From: Takakia lepidozioides
Taxonomy: Eukaryota; Plantae; Bryophyta
DNA: 64,000 nt
NCBI GenBank assembly: GCA_030704615.1
Contig: CM060733.1
Coordinates: 42,284,001 to 42,348,000 of the forward strand
Direction of reading: 5' to 3'
A model generated the notes under the pieces. It saw only the letters and a program-made list of their open reading frames with translations. It was not told the DNA's origin and made no database searches. Numbering within the stretch: the first letter of the stretch is position 1; each line of letters begins with the position of its first letter. Below, one piece after another: positions 1 to 13,569 of the stretch. Both the position numbers and the translations under genes were made by a program.

Positions 1-722
1 GCTGCCAAAGTGCAGTTCAACATGATCATGTGGGTTATTGGGCACCATAAACCCATAGTCCAGCAGAAGCATGTCGTTCCTCAATGGGCCGTAGTCCAAC
101 ACTAGCGCCTCACCTATTTGCAAGTCTTGCTCTGCCACTACCTGTGAACAATCCTCAGTATCGGTATTCATCAATGGGCAATAAGAGAAATAAGTGGTGA
201 ATCTACTGTAGTCGTGTACCTCAAATCTAAAGAAATATGTTAACATGTAGGGTTCAGGGTTTAACCAGTCTTACAAAAACATGAACCACATGAACCACAC
301 AAGAACTCCATCAATCTGTCTAACCTAATGGTGGAAGAGATGCAGGGTTATGCATTTCCCTACACCAATAACTGCAGCTGCATATCAAGTAGTGTATGTA
401 AGACCCCCGTACATGTGTCACATTACCTCCTGAAATGGGGTAAGAGAAGTGGGGGAAGCCTGCTGCACAAGCCGTGCAGTGGGAGTGAAGCTGTGGTTGC
501 ACATGTCTACCAATGGAAGAAGTGATGCACCTGCCCCTAGTTGGTGCACACGAAAGGCACGGCTGGAAACAGCACCCATGGCCCAGCCCAGTGCCCATGC
601 ATCCATCTGTTGCCCACCAAACAGATGCTCATCCTCCCCCAGTTTTCCAGCCCCAGTTTTCTAGCCACTGTTGGAATCTCTTTCCTTGCAAACTGCAGTA
701 AAAAGTGACAGCTCTTCTTCAC
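1..722 (-). pseudogene. SET-domain (Rubisco LSMT/SETD3-like) protein lysine methyltransferase pseudogene; two exons (427-722 and 1-141), continuing off the left edge
   Basis: Minus-strand exons with AG/GT ends read VKKSCHFLLQF...LGWAMGAVSSRAFR...LLPLVDMCNHSF and VVAEQDLQIGEALVLDYGPLRNDMLLLDYGFMVPNNPHD. These are LSMT-type SET motifs, resembling Arabidopsis At1g24610 from memory. A 14-bp tandem duplication (~637-664) causes a frameshift and the upstream exons are absent. Confidence 0.85.
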
Positions 723-749
723 CTGCAACCCACTGAGACCACTTCACAT

Positions 750-3700
750 GATTTCACGAAGGCTCAGGGGGATCAGGCGGGCAGCCTGGATTTGGCTCTG
801 GGGGGACAGGGAGTATGGGAAGTAGTGCAACCAGAGCCGGGAATACTGTGAATATCGTGGGGCCAGTAGCAGGGAGTGCTCAGGGGCCACCACTGGGTGG
901 AAGATCCACCACAAATACAATAGGTCCTCAAGGACCAGCACCAGCAAGGGGGCCAGCATCTGTCAGTGGGCAGAAGGTAGGGCCACAGATGGCGTTACAA
1001 CCAACATGGGCAAAACCACCTTTTCCAATATATTCAGGAAAAGGGGATCCTGATGTACACATTAGCCAATTTGAGCACATGTGTATTGTGAACAATGAGA
1101 ATGGCGATGATGCCAAGATGAGACTATTTCCTTGTTCACTTATCAAGAAAGCAAGTGAATGGTATGCAAGATTCCCTGATAATCATTCAGAAATAGGTTC
1201 AGGACAAGTAAAATTGAGGATGAAGTGTATGGAAGTTTACAACAGTTAAAGCAAAAGAAGCATGAAACTATTGAGGAGTATATGGAAAAAATGGAATTGA
1301 TGATGAAAAAGCTGGCTGATGTACCAGGTTTACAGAAGACTTGGTTTGTGAGTGGACTAAGACCAGAGTTGCAAAAGAAAGTGGATATGTTACAATACAG
1401 TGGAGGAGGCATTTGAAATAGCGAACATAATTGAGCAATTGGGAATGCTCAGGAGAGAGAAAAGGGATGATGAGGACTCTGAGGATGAGTCGGATGAGGA
1501 AGAAGAGCAAGAGCTGAAAAGGAAGAGTAAGAGAAAGGAGAAGTTGAAGAGGGATAACTATGAGAAAAGATTAGAAGAAATCTTGAAGAAGTATGCCACA
1601 GAGGCTGCAACACATTGGAGGAAGGGTGTTTGGTGTACAAAGTGCCAGAATGAAGGCCATACCACCACTGAATGCCACATGAAGGAGAAACATTGTACTA
1701 TCTGTAAGATGGATAACCATTCTACTGAGAATTGTTACTACAACAGAAGGACAGCTGCAAGAGAACCTAGGCAAGTAAGGGTGCATTAAGTGCAGCCCCA
1801 GCCAAGAAGAAACAGTGATCAGGACCACTATGGTAGGCCCGGTGGTTATAACAATGGTATGGAAGGGAGAGGTAATCCAAGAGGGAATTACCAAGGAAAT
1901 TCCAGGGGCAACTATCAGGGTAATCCAAGGGGGAATTACCAGCCAGGGAATCAAGATTACAGAAATAATCCTAGAGCAGACCAAGGGTGAGGACCCAATG
2001 GTGGAGAACTGTGTTACTATTGTAATCAAGCAGGACATCGCAAGGCAGCCTGTTCATTCTGGATTAGACACCAGAATGAGATGAGAGCTCCTGTGAATGA
2101 GGGCCCAGTGGTGGCAGCTCACATGGTTAGGCCATGTGTTGTACCAGAAGTAAGTACAATGATAGTAACGAGAAGCAAAGCCAAACTAATACCTCCAGTA
2201 GTTGAGGAAGATGATGATAATGAAGATGGCAGTGATGTGCCTGAAGATGATGAGGCTTGGAGAGATGAGAAGGAACTGCACAAGGAAGTGGCAGATACCA
2301 TAAAGGAAATGCAGAAGAGTACTGATATTCCTATGGAAGATTCCTCTGATTCTGAAAGAGAAGAGGAAGTGAGTGAGGATGAAGGGAAGAAAGAAGTTGC
2401 AGACATGCAGAGTAATGAAGGGACTTTGGCTGAAGTAATATGCCAGTCCAAAGCAGAGATTACCATTGGACAGCTATTGGCTGTGGCACCTTATTGTAGG
2501 CACAGGCTGTATCAAGCAATCAATCGAATTGCCCAGGAGACAGGAGACACAGACCTGAACAGCAAGGTGACCAGTTATAATGTAAAGCCGGAAGGGCGAG
2601 AAACAGTCAGGGACTTTGATGATTCTATGCTAGTAATCCAATTGAGAATTGGAAGCACAGAACTAACTGATGTACTGATAGATGGAGGCTCTGGAGTGAA
2701 TATCATGACAGACCAATTAAGGCAAAAGCTTGGTCTAATAACATGAAACCAGCCCCATTTACAGTAACAATGGCAGATCAAAGAAGTGTACAGCCATTGG
2801 GATTGATAAGAGGAGTTAAGATATAGATTCAAAAGATGATCTTTATGATCACAGTAACTGTGTTAAAAATGGATGAAGTCATGCAAGCTTACTCCTTATT
2901 GTTGGGACGTCCGTGGCTGAAACAAGCCAGGGTATTCCATGACTGGAATTCCCAGTTACTAACTGTGCATGATAAGATGCACAAGATACAAATTACCACT
3001 AAGAAATCTAGTAGATTACCTACTACGAGAAGACCTCGAGGGGTCAGGGAGTATGACTGGAGGGGAGGACTGGATGAGGAGCAGGAAGCTACCATGTTCG
3101 CACACACCCAGAGTGGGAGCAGGTTGCAGAGATGCAGCTGGAAGGCCTAAGTTGTTTAAAAGGTATCTGTTGTGGTGTAGTGACAACAACACCAATTGAA
3201 GGTGAAATAAGCAGTTACCCACCACATTTTTATGAAGAAAGAGAAGGAGAAATGGAAATCCTAGAGGAACCAGCCACTGTGAGTTTACAGAAGTGGTAAC
3301 TGGTTGGACAATCACAGCTGATGAGCATGTAAGAGAGTGAATGTGGGAACTGAAGAGGAACCGAGGTGAAGGTAGGGGCTGATTGGAGCCAGAATTCTTT
3401 GAGGAAGCTAAGAGTTTGTTCATCAAATACAGAGATGTATTTGCTTAGAGCTACGAGGATCTAAAAGGGATACCACCTGAGATCTGTCAGCATAAGATTG
3501 AACTGGAACTAGGGTCAGTACCAATCAAACAAGTAAGATACATAATGAATCCCAACTATGCACAGAAGGTTGGAGAAGAGATCAAGAAGTTGGCTGAGGC
3601 TAAGTTTATATACCCGATAGAGTATACAACTTGGTTGTCACCCATTGTGATAGTTCCCAAGAAGATGGTAAACTGAGAGTTTGTGTGAACTATAAGAAGT

Positions 3701-4523
3701 TGAATGCTTGCACGAAGAAATCATTTTCCTTTGTCATTCACAGAAGCGGTATTGGAACCTGTGGCAGGCCATGAGATGTACTCATTCATGGATGGCTTCA
3801 GTGGTTATAATCAAGTGCAAGTGGCAGAAGAAGACCAGGGAAAGACAGCTTTCATCACAGACTGGGGTGCTTATGCATACAAAGTCATGCCTTTTGGACT
3901 TTGTAATGCACCAGCAACCTTTCAGAGAGTGATAAGTGAATTTTTTCATGAGTATCTGGATGATTTCATGCAGGTGTTCTTGGATGATTTCAGTGTGTAC
4001 AGCTCTAAGAATGAGCACTTGCATAAATTGGAGTTATGTTTGGCCAGATGCAGGATGAGAGGTTTGGGCCTGAATCCAGAGAAGTATACTTTCTGTGTGA
4101 ACTCAGGGGTGCTTTTGGGACACATTGTGCGTAAGAGGGGACTTCTTGTGGATCCTAGGAAGACAGAGGCCATTAAAGCCTCTCCACCACCAGTAAATGT
4201 TAAGAGTCTAAGGAGATTCCTTGGACAAACCAGTTATTACAGAAGATTTGTCAAAAAGTATGCACAGATAGCAGCACCATTGAGCAAGCTTCTGAAGAAA
4301 GATGCAGTTTTTTGCATGGACAGCTGAATGTCAACAGGCTTTTGAGGAACTACATTGTCAGTAACAACTACACCTGTGCTGATTAACCCTCACTGGCATG
4401 TAGTATTTCATGTTCACTGTGATGCCTCAGGAGAAGCGTTGGGAGCGGTGTTAGCCCAAAATGTTACAGGAAATATAGATTCACCGGTGTACTATGCTAG
4501 CAGGTTGATGAACAGTGCTGAAA
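750..4523 (+). mobile_element. Degenerate Ty3/gypsy gag-pol fragment (gag, zinc knuckles, protease, RT, start of RNase H); no LTRs seen
   Basis: Gag YSGKGDPDVHI; CCHC knuckles CTKCQNEGHTTTEC, CTICKMDNHSTENC and CYYCNQAGHRKAAC; protease LIDGGSG; RT MDGFSGYNQ...MPFGLCNAPATFQR...FLDDF; RNase H HCDASGEALGAVL...YYASR. Stops and frameshifts throughout. Confidence 0.92.
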
Positions 4524-7500
4524 ATAGCCCAACAAATTATATTGTTGGTAGTTTCAACCTTTGGAGTTGGTAAGTGTGCTTAACCTTAGTTCTCGCTAAG
4601 TCCACCTCCAGTTCCACCTGATAGACAGCCTGTGAACAACCAGGTCAATTGCTCAGATTAACCAACTTTTTACTACTTCCATTAATACAGTAAACTAGGC
4701 AACTCTCTTCTGTCCTAAACTTCCAAGGCTGTATGTGAGCTGGAACTCCTGGGGGTTCTCTAACACTGGGATTGCCCTATCAGTGGAGTGCTCACTAGAA
4801 AAGGCTTGAAGAGTCGGACATTGAACTCTTGCAATGCTTTTGCTGTCCAATTGATGCAATCTTAAGTATTCTCTGGTGTGTGCAGTTTTTCTGGATGCAG
4901 GCATTATCTTGTGGGTGGAGTATGAAGCCGCTCCAAAACATTTACGAGGAAAATGTTCTTACAGTGGCTGTATCAACTTTTGGGATTCATTTTACTATAT
5001 TATTATCACGGTGAGTACATGCCTATTCTGACCTCTCTTGGTTAGATGGGATTGTCAATAATGGTAACAGTGCGTGTTCACTTCTGGCAATTGACAGGTC
5101 TTGATACAACTTTGAGACATGTAGAATAGACAATAGGAGAAAGCAGGTGAACACATACATCAGAATTGAAATTGGGTATGGATGGTCACCTGAGTTGTAA
5201 GGGAATGCACCAATGTGAATTGTGGAAAGACTTGGGACCGGCTCTCTATTACAGTAAAATATTCGCAGATGCGATTCTGTGTGCCGGGAAAAATTCAAGA
5301 GGGCAGGAATTTCTTTCGACTGAATTTGCTGATCTGATAATTCCATTGGTAATTCATTATTACTGTTGTCTTTGTTTGATGTTCATGTGTGGCTTCTCTA
5401 GACCTTGATAAGATGAACTGGGATGTTTTGGCAGATATGTACAGTTGGCTATGGGGACATCACACCCAAAACAGAGTTGGGAAGGCTGATCTGCATTATC
5501 ACAATCATTGCTGCACTTGTTATTCTTCCCATTCAAATTCGTTGTATCACTTATCTTGCATCTCGGAGGTGATGCTTCCAGCTACTCTTGCTCTCCTGCT
5601 TTTATTCTCCCTTTTTACCTGCTGCAAGCAAGTCCAAACCTCTACAGTGTTTTCCAAGTGTGGCCGACCAAGTATGGTTCCAAGAACACTGGGAGTTGGC
5701 CAAGATCTGTCTCCTCTTTCTGGGGTTTTCCTCTTTGTTTCTTTTTCCTCTTTGTGGTGACAGTGGAAAAACCCACAAAAAATGATCTGAACTGAAACCC
5801 TCAACACTGGAGCTTTTTGTCGTCTCTTGATTTTTTCTAAAAGATTTCTTGTTTAGTAGATGATTATTTTTATAGTAAATTATGAATTACGACCAAATAG
5901 GACACGCTGGAACTCAGGCTCTTACTAGCTCTCACCTTCCTGTTATTACAAGAGTTCTCGTCTTTCAAGGGCAAAGTGACTCCAAGGGTCATGTTTGCCA
6001 GGCCATCTCCAAGCTTAGAACCTACCTGCTCTTTTCTTTTCCTTTTCTGGGGACCAGAGATCAGTACCAAACCTTCACACTTAACATCTCAGCAAACTAA
6101 AAGCCAGAAGGGCAATATTCCTAGCCTTCCTTTTTGAGGTCAGGAACCTCCAGGATACAATCGTCCTTGAGACTATCAGCCTTCCTGCTCTCCCTCTCTC
6201 ACCCAAGGTATTTAGCTATAAAGGTAGAGATCCACTGCAGCAAATCCAATTCGAGGCAGCAATTGAAATTTTCGGCTTAATTGTTTCAGTCTCGTCCTTT
6301 AAACAGTTGGGCTTTCCGTGGATGTTACAGACTTTGTTTCTTTCGTTGATTCTTTCTCTCCAGAAGTATTTAAGACCCCTATATTACCCTTTTGGAGGGT
6401 GACAAGAATCTGGTAGTCCCAAACTGGTGATTCGTATGATGCAGAGACTTTCATGTTTTTGATGTTTACATGGTGAGAATCCCACTTAATTGTACTCTAT
6501 TTAGTCCTTGTCTGGAAAAAGTGTACCCTGTCGATGACTTGCCGTTCTTTTCCCCAAAACCGCAAGTACACAGTGGAGCAAGCCGTACGGAGGATCGTTT
6601 AGTGCTAGGAAGGTGATTGATTCACGGTACCTCATTGTGAGTGGAAGCATTTCATATCAGGCTGTGCAAGACTGGCTTGTTGAGTTCTACAACCCCACCC
6701 ACAGTGAAGGTACAACATTCTAAGCTATATTGACGGGTGCGTCTGGTAGGAATTTGTGTGCGAGTACAATCTTCATGGTAGCCTTGGTGATCCAATTTGA
6801 TGAATGGTACTTCTCATACATTGTATGCAAGTGCCTTGGAAAAAAGATAAAACTCTGTGCTCATATATTTGTTAATCGTACTGTACTGCCTAATACACCT
6901 ATGTATTAGGCAGACGTAGTGGAAGTAATGGTCACATAATGTGTACATCCACAGACCTGGAGACATACCACTGCGCATCACCATCTTAGCACCTTTCAGC
7001 CCTTCGTAAGTTGTCCATCACTTTGTTCAGAGTAACCATTCATTTAAATGGTTATGGTGATATGCAACTTGTTGAAGATCCGTAGTTTCCTTATCAAGCA
7101 AACTAATGCATCATGATGGTTAGTAATTCGATGTGGAGAGAGAATACAAAAGAGAGAAATAGGAACGAAACTTTATAGCCCCAAAGGTCCATGGGAGAAG
7201 AACAAAAGCCTAAAGAGCTTGTGGACACTAGTGTAGAACAAGAAAGTGAAATACTAGAGCTAAATCATTGCACAAAGCTTCTGTGCTGAGAGATGGAGGG
7301 ATATTGTACTCCAACAGGTGAATAGCTTTCTGCGAACTTGGACTCTGTAACACATATCTAACAAAGGCAGGGTGGTGTATGTTGGCAGGTTTGAACTAAA
7401 CCAACTAGTTGCACTCTATAATGGGCTGGTCGAGTTTATAGAAGGGTCACGGGTGCGGCAATCAGACCTAGAACGTGTGTTCGCCGCTCGAGCCTCAGCC

Positions 7501-9589
7501 TTCTTTTTGTTGGCTGACCAAGAAACTGATGTATGTTTTTCATCTTGTTTGCAATATTTTCTCCACGCTGTCCTTCAGCTTTAGAATTCGGACACTTTCT
7601 CACCATTTTTCGGAGTGGCCATTGTAGGTGGGGTTTAGGAGGCTCCTCTGATTTCTTGATTTGGCCATAGAAATGTGTAAATATTTATGTTCATATCTAA
7701 CCTGTGCATAGATTATGGCAACCTTTTTTTACAAACCTTCCCATAAGAAGAATGAATTTGGGTACAAGTTATGCCTTGGTTTGTAGATTTCTGTACGTGT
7801 GTCTGCCATAATATGTTGGATACTAACGTGGAGAGTGCCACAACATAACCGACCTCTTGTTACAGGCTCCAAAGGAGGAGGATGCCAAACAGATAGTGAG
7901 AGCATTGGCAGTTCATCGCTTCTGTGGAAACCAGGTGCGCATTATAGTCGAAGTGCTGGAGCCAGGTACACAAACTAGTGCAGTGTGGGATGAGACACAA
8001 AGTGGGGGCATTGAGGTGATCTGCCCTGCTAAAATCCACTACAAGATGCTCTCTTGCAGGTGGGTACTCTTTTGTCTGCCCACTTTTCTGCCCTGTACGG
8101 ATTCCTGTGATCTGCTTAGTACAATTTTTCTTTTTTCTTCCCCTTTATCTCTTTAGTAGGGTGGGGAAAGGGGAAACACTGTAGAGGAAATGGCAAGCAA
8201 AGAAATGCAGGCCCTGGGATGGCCAGTGGGTAAGGGAGTTTAGTTGACCCAACCATCTTCCAAGAAACAGAACGCCAACAGAGGGGAGAAGAGGTAGAAG
8301 ATACTGTTCTCGTAAGGCATTTGCCATAGCCTTGTGGCCATAGGCCCCGTCCCCAGTTTGGGCAGAAGTTGAGGTAGTAGAGAAAGAAAGTTCATAAGAT
8401 TGGTAAGAACTAATAACACAAGAGACTAGACAGCTGCTGGGAGTAAAGATTGTGACACTTACAGGGAAGGCCAGCTCATACAAAACCTGCTGCTATTGAA
8501 AAAGGAAAGGTACATGTAGGGACTAAGAAACAAGCGGCATATGGAGAAATGCCGCAATAGCATGCAACATAAATCTTCCAGCCAGATTCTCCCAGTCATG
8601 GGAGAGAAGATGCACCAGCTAAGTGGACAAACTAAGGAGAATGCATGATGTGCCCTTATTTGCCATGTTCTTGAAAGCAAGCAAACACCTCAGAAGTGTC
8701 CGCGTTTGCTCTCAGGAGAGCTTGTTGCAAGATATACCTTGCACTCAATTATGCACTACCAGATATTGCTCTCTGATCGGACACAGCATGACCTGCTCAT
8801 TTTGCATCACCAGGTGGCATCCGGCTGTTTGGATGTGCCAAAATTTGAAGATTTAGACGACCCAGTGCATGTAGAGCTTGAGGGAGTCAGTCTCCATATT
8901 TTTAACCTTGGAACAGGAACTCTCTTCACTCTCCACAGGTCTCTTATTGTCCCATTTTCTTCCCCTGCCCATCCTCATTCTCGGGTAAAATTTGAGGATG
9001 CCAATGACTTGTGAGAATCCACTGGGTAGAGCTTGAGGAAGTTGGTCCAGATTTTTAGGACTGGGAAAGAAGAGGGCTCTCTATAGGTCTCTCAATCCTG
9101 GCACTTCTTTGTTTCGCGCGCTCCTATTCACACATATTGGGGAGGCAAGATTTAAACTATGGTCAACAAGTTGGAATCCTTGTAGGATGTGTGTTGATTG
9201 ATTTTTGTAAGCACGGATTACATACAATGTATCCATCATCTTCATAAAGGCAGAGTTTAAACTTGTTTATGCCATATTGCTGGGTTTTTGGGATGGGAGG
9301 GCAGCTGCACCATCAAAGGCCTCTACACGTTCATAACTAACTTGTTCACATCAGAGATCAAGCTCATGAACTTGTCAGATCACCATTTTATCTCAGAATA
9401 CGTCTACGGTTTTGACAACGAGGTTTATCCTCTTATTTTCCCTAGTGCTTGCCATAACAAGATCTTTGAAGAGGTATTTCTCTCTCTGCCTTTTCTTTCT
9501 TCCCTCTCTCTTGATCCTTCCTTGTGCTTGCCGCAGTTGGCTACAGTTTAATCAAGTAGGATTGTACACTCTTTTCTATCTTTTTATCT

Positions 9590-10100
9590 TAGGGGACCTC
9601 TCTAATGTAACTTGGTTCTGGGCTCGGGTCTATGGCACAAGGCTACGGCAAAGAACCTCTTACGAGTCCATTCTAATGTAAGTTCTACGGAAGAGGAGAT
9701 TGTAATTGCCCGATCCTGATGACAATATTCATTTTCTGATCCATTGTCAGGGGATAAAATTACCAGAGAGTGACCCTCTTCAGGATGATTAAGAACATTG
9801 TCCCTGCTTGTATTCACCAACATTCAAAATCTTGAGGTTGAGTCTAAAGCCCTCGCCCTGTTGGGGCGTAATTGTTGGGCAGCTCAAACACAACAAGTTG
9901 ATGCTAGTGTAAAGGGCTTTCTAGAGGAAATCTGGAAAACCCGAGCTAATTGTCTCTATCAAGGTAAGTCACACTACTGGAGTGAGCCCCACACAAAGGT
10001 AGTATATGTTCCCTTTTGTTCTTCCCAAAGTGGTTGGAGGGTCTATGGCCATAAGGTTACAACAAACGACATCTTATGAGTACATTCTAATGTAAGTTCA
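9590..10100 (+). mobile_element. LINE 3'-region fragment; related copy at about 50960-51420
   Basis: Peptide KGFLEEIWKTRANCLYQGKSHYW resembles the plant LINE tail region. A similar DNA stretch occurs at ~51250, and there is an internal ~60-bp duplication (9625/10038). Confidence 0.45.
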
Positions 10101-10179
10101 AAGTTTGGTAGGCTCTCACAGTGATATTTCTTTCATGTCTTTTTTTCTACAATTACATGGGAAATGCTGGAATCATTAT

Positions 10180-10554
10180 TGAGATTGCATTATTCTACTC
10201 TCATCAAAGGTTAGAGGAAACACTCAAGCTGTGTGTGTGAGAGAGAAAAGGCAAGGAGAGACGACACGTGAAGGAAAGGAAGGAAGCCTCTCTGATATGT
10301 CATTGTATCAGAATAGATGTAGAGTGCCTTGTGTATGAAGGATTTGAGTCTTTGATCATCCCTTTGGGGGAGGTGCCATTCTTCCTTGGGAGCCCCTGTG
10401 GAAGCTTCATCACCTCCCTTGAAAAACCCTAAAAGCTTCAGGAAGCTTTTAAGACCTTTCTAAAAGCTTCTAAGCTAGAATCTTGTAAGCTCCATTGAAG
10501 CAAGCTACAACATACAGGGATGAACAAGGGCATGAGTTGCCCTGTTTCTCAACA
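10180..10554. repeat. LTR-like repeat, copy 1
   Basis: Diverged direct repeat of 15991-16277 sharing ...gaagcaagctac...gaacaagggcatgag...; both copies end in AACA. Confidence 0.6.
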
Positions 10555-11039
10555 TTTCCACGTAGGGAAGTGTCTTTGTGGTTTAGACTCATTGATTCTC
10601 TCAAATGCTCAAACTGAGATTTAGCAATAGCCTTTGTAAGAATGTGCGTTCTCATATCCTAGTTGTCCAATAGAGGATAGATGCTCCTTAATTTCCTACT
10701 TTTTTTTGACAAATTTATATGCCCCCGTGGTTTTGCGGCACAAGGCCGCATTACAAGTGGTTGTGTGTTCAAAGTCACATAGGTGTATGTCAAATGTCAC
10801 CCATCATAGCGAATCCAGCTTTAAAAATGAGTCTCGGGTCAACCGGATTTAAGGTGTTGGGTGCACAGGATTTGAGTGGTTTGGGCAACTCGGTTGCCCC
10901 GGTTACGGCCGTTAGAAGGTGTTCACCTTCCAGATGGAAGGCAATAGCTATTTGCGGTGAAGTTACGCTTGCTTCACCGGTGGTCTTCGTCCGCCTCTCC
11001 ATACATTGCGACTAGGTGTCGAGACGCCCACTTAGCCAT

Positions 11040-12560
11040 ATGTCTTTGCTGAAAAAGTGCTCATAGCCTTGACAATATAGAAACACAATTCGCATCAATT
11101 TGTGCACGGTAATATCTGTTTGGGACAATTCAAGAGGACAAAGTTCATGCAATTGTGCGCATGACAGCATCAGGAATTTAGACTATCTGGCTGTTATATG
11201 TAGCACGCTTATTCATTGTTCTACAGTCATCTTGATTGTAGAGCCAAATTTGAGCATATCCCAACTTTTATAGTATTCGTTGTAGCCATATTGCCTCTTG
11301 AGTTGCATTTATTCTACCATGTATTCTACCTCTGTTGTTGATAATGCCACTGTCGTTGTTTTTCGCTATTCGAACTTATAGATGGTATACATAGCCTGAA
11401 TACATGTACGGTGGTACACCTCATATAATCCAAATCACTTGCCCAATCGGCGTCAGTGACTCCTACAAGTAATGTAGCATTCCACTCCTTTCCATCAAAT
11501 ATAGGACTTTGACTTTTAGTGCTTTTGTTGTAACCCAGTTATTGTTTCCATTGCTACTACAATATTGAATCTCATCCTTGTAACCAAATACATTAGGCAT
11601 TTTATCAACACTCTATACGGCTCACACACAATGTCTCTATCATCATTGGTTTTTGCCTCAAGTGTTTTGGATAGTTTTAATCTATGCTCTATGGGTGTAG
11701 CAATTGTAATACAATCTTGTATATTGAAACGTCAAAAAATATCCTCCATGCATTTTTTTTGTGACAACATTGAGGTCTTTGTTTTCCAATGTGTAACAAC
11801 ATGCGTCCCCAATAAAAAAGAAGAGTCATGTCGAAGCAAGTTGTAACAATCCTTCTGCCTCTATCCCCTTTCTTGGAATTTTTATTTAACTTTAATTTTT
11901 TTGCCAAATTAGGTGTACTTTATGGTATCACTTCATAAGGAAGGAATGGCCTTCAGTTTGGAAGTTGGACATCTTCTAACTGTCGTAATTGGGACAACCT
12001 CCCCCCATGACTCAAAAGTCTTCAGGATCTCTTCTTTAAATAACCCGTTCACTGAAGACTTCTTTTTATAGTTGGGTTGGTTATAATGGGTGACATATAC
12101 ACGTGTGTGGCTTTGATCCACGACTTGAAATGTGGATTTCTCTAACCAGTGGGCCATCTGCTACCAAACAATATTAAAATTCATTGTTATTTTTCATGTC
12201 ATAATTTTTCATTCAAGAGTATCTTTGATAATATTCGTGAGCTGAAAATCTGCGTGTGCTAGGATCCTATCTGCCACCTAAAGTGTAGAATAAATGATTT
12301 TGCATATTGAACTATTTTTGACAAATATACACGTGTCCAATCTGCTCTTTTGAACCCATTTCTCTTAAAAAAAACTCATATATTGTCACATTCCGTGTTC
12401 ATGATGTTTGTTTTAGATCGTAGAGACTACTCTTGAATCTACATACAAGATGTTCTTCACCTTGTCTAACAAACTCCTCTGTTGTACATCTCATCTTGCA
12501 ATTCTCCATTGAGAAATGCAATTTTGACATCCATTTGATAGATTTATTCATATCTTCTGA
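11040..12560 (-). mobile_element. Ty1/copia RT and RNase H fragments, highly decayed and interrupted
   Basis: Minus strand reads QMDVKIAFLNGEL (~12500-12540), TDADWASDLD (~11430-11460) and TVALSTTEVEY (~11325-11357). Confidence 0.7.
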
Positions 12561-12562
12561 TG

Positions 12563-12585
12563 GGGTTTAGGGTTTAGGGTTTAGG
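12563..12585 (+). repeat. Interstitial plant telomeric repeat, about 3 x TTTAGGG
   Basis: GGGTTTAGGGTTTAGGGTTTAGG read directly. Confidence 0.85.
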
Positions 12586-13569
12586 CTGATGATCCAAGTC
12601 AAACAATTTGCTTGCACCAACACCTGACGGCGTGATGCCTCAAAAAGATGTGGTACCAATGTGGTATTAGTGGGAAAACCATTGCTCGTTCGCGCTCATT
12701 AGCATTGGGCTCCACTAACTGCTACAACTGGACATCCTACAAGAGGCCAGGTCCAATATCTCGAAAAGCATGAGATCCTAGGAAATTGAGTAGTGTAGGT
12801 AATGTTGTTTGTGGCTGACCCGCCTTGTTAATCATTGCCAAATGTGACTGATCATATGTCTCCTACACTCAGACTATTTCCATATGTCCAAAATGTAATG
12901 CACTGTGAGGTGAGCTGGCCGTCGCACCCTATCTCCTCATAGTCCATTCATTCCTTTTCAAAATATCATTTTGTCACCAATCGTGCGTTGAAACTTGTCT
13001 AGTGAACCATACGCATAATTTCTAACCTCGACCATCCATTTATTGCGTATAGGCTTTAGCCCCTTTGGCAAGTCTACTAGCTTCTATGTTTGATTTGCTT
13101 CCAATGAGCATTTTAAAAAAAAAATTATTGCCTCTTTTCAATGATTAGCTTCAGTTAGCAATGTTTTTTTTTTGGTGGATGGTTTTCAATGTAAGAGATA
13201 TTTGTTGAAGGATAATCCATCTTTGTATTCCATCCCAATTTGATGCGGGTTTGAAAAAATCTAATAGATCTACTGAGAACCCGTGTTTCCTTGTCGGATA
13301 TAGATTTAACTTGTTGCTTTCGGTGCTCTCGCTAATCCCAATCAAGATTGTATGTATTTTCTTGAAACTTATGCAACCTCTAAGACCGGCTCAACAAAAC
13401 GTTCAATCTCCTCTGTGAAACCTATTAGTATTTCTCCTATCGATAGATATATATATATAAGCTACAATCTGAATCTGGTATCATTTGCCTTCAAACATGT
13501 CCCATGACACTAATCTATCACTCATCTCTTATAGGCATTGTTTCGCCTCACTTGATGTCATGTTACTAG

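Noticed and set aside
8150-9200. Possible additional BK exons or a separate gene
   Set aside because: BK exons 8059 and 9305 join in frame without it; the stretch looks like decayed repeat that I could not classify.
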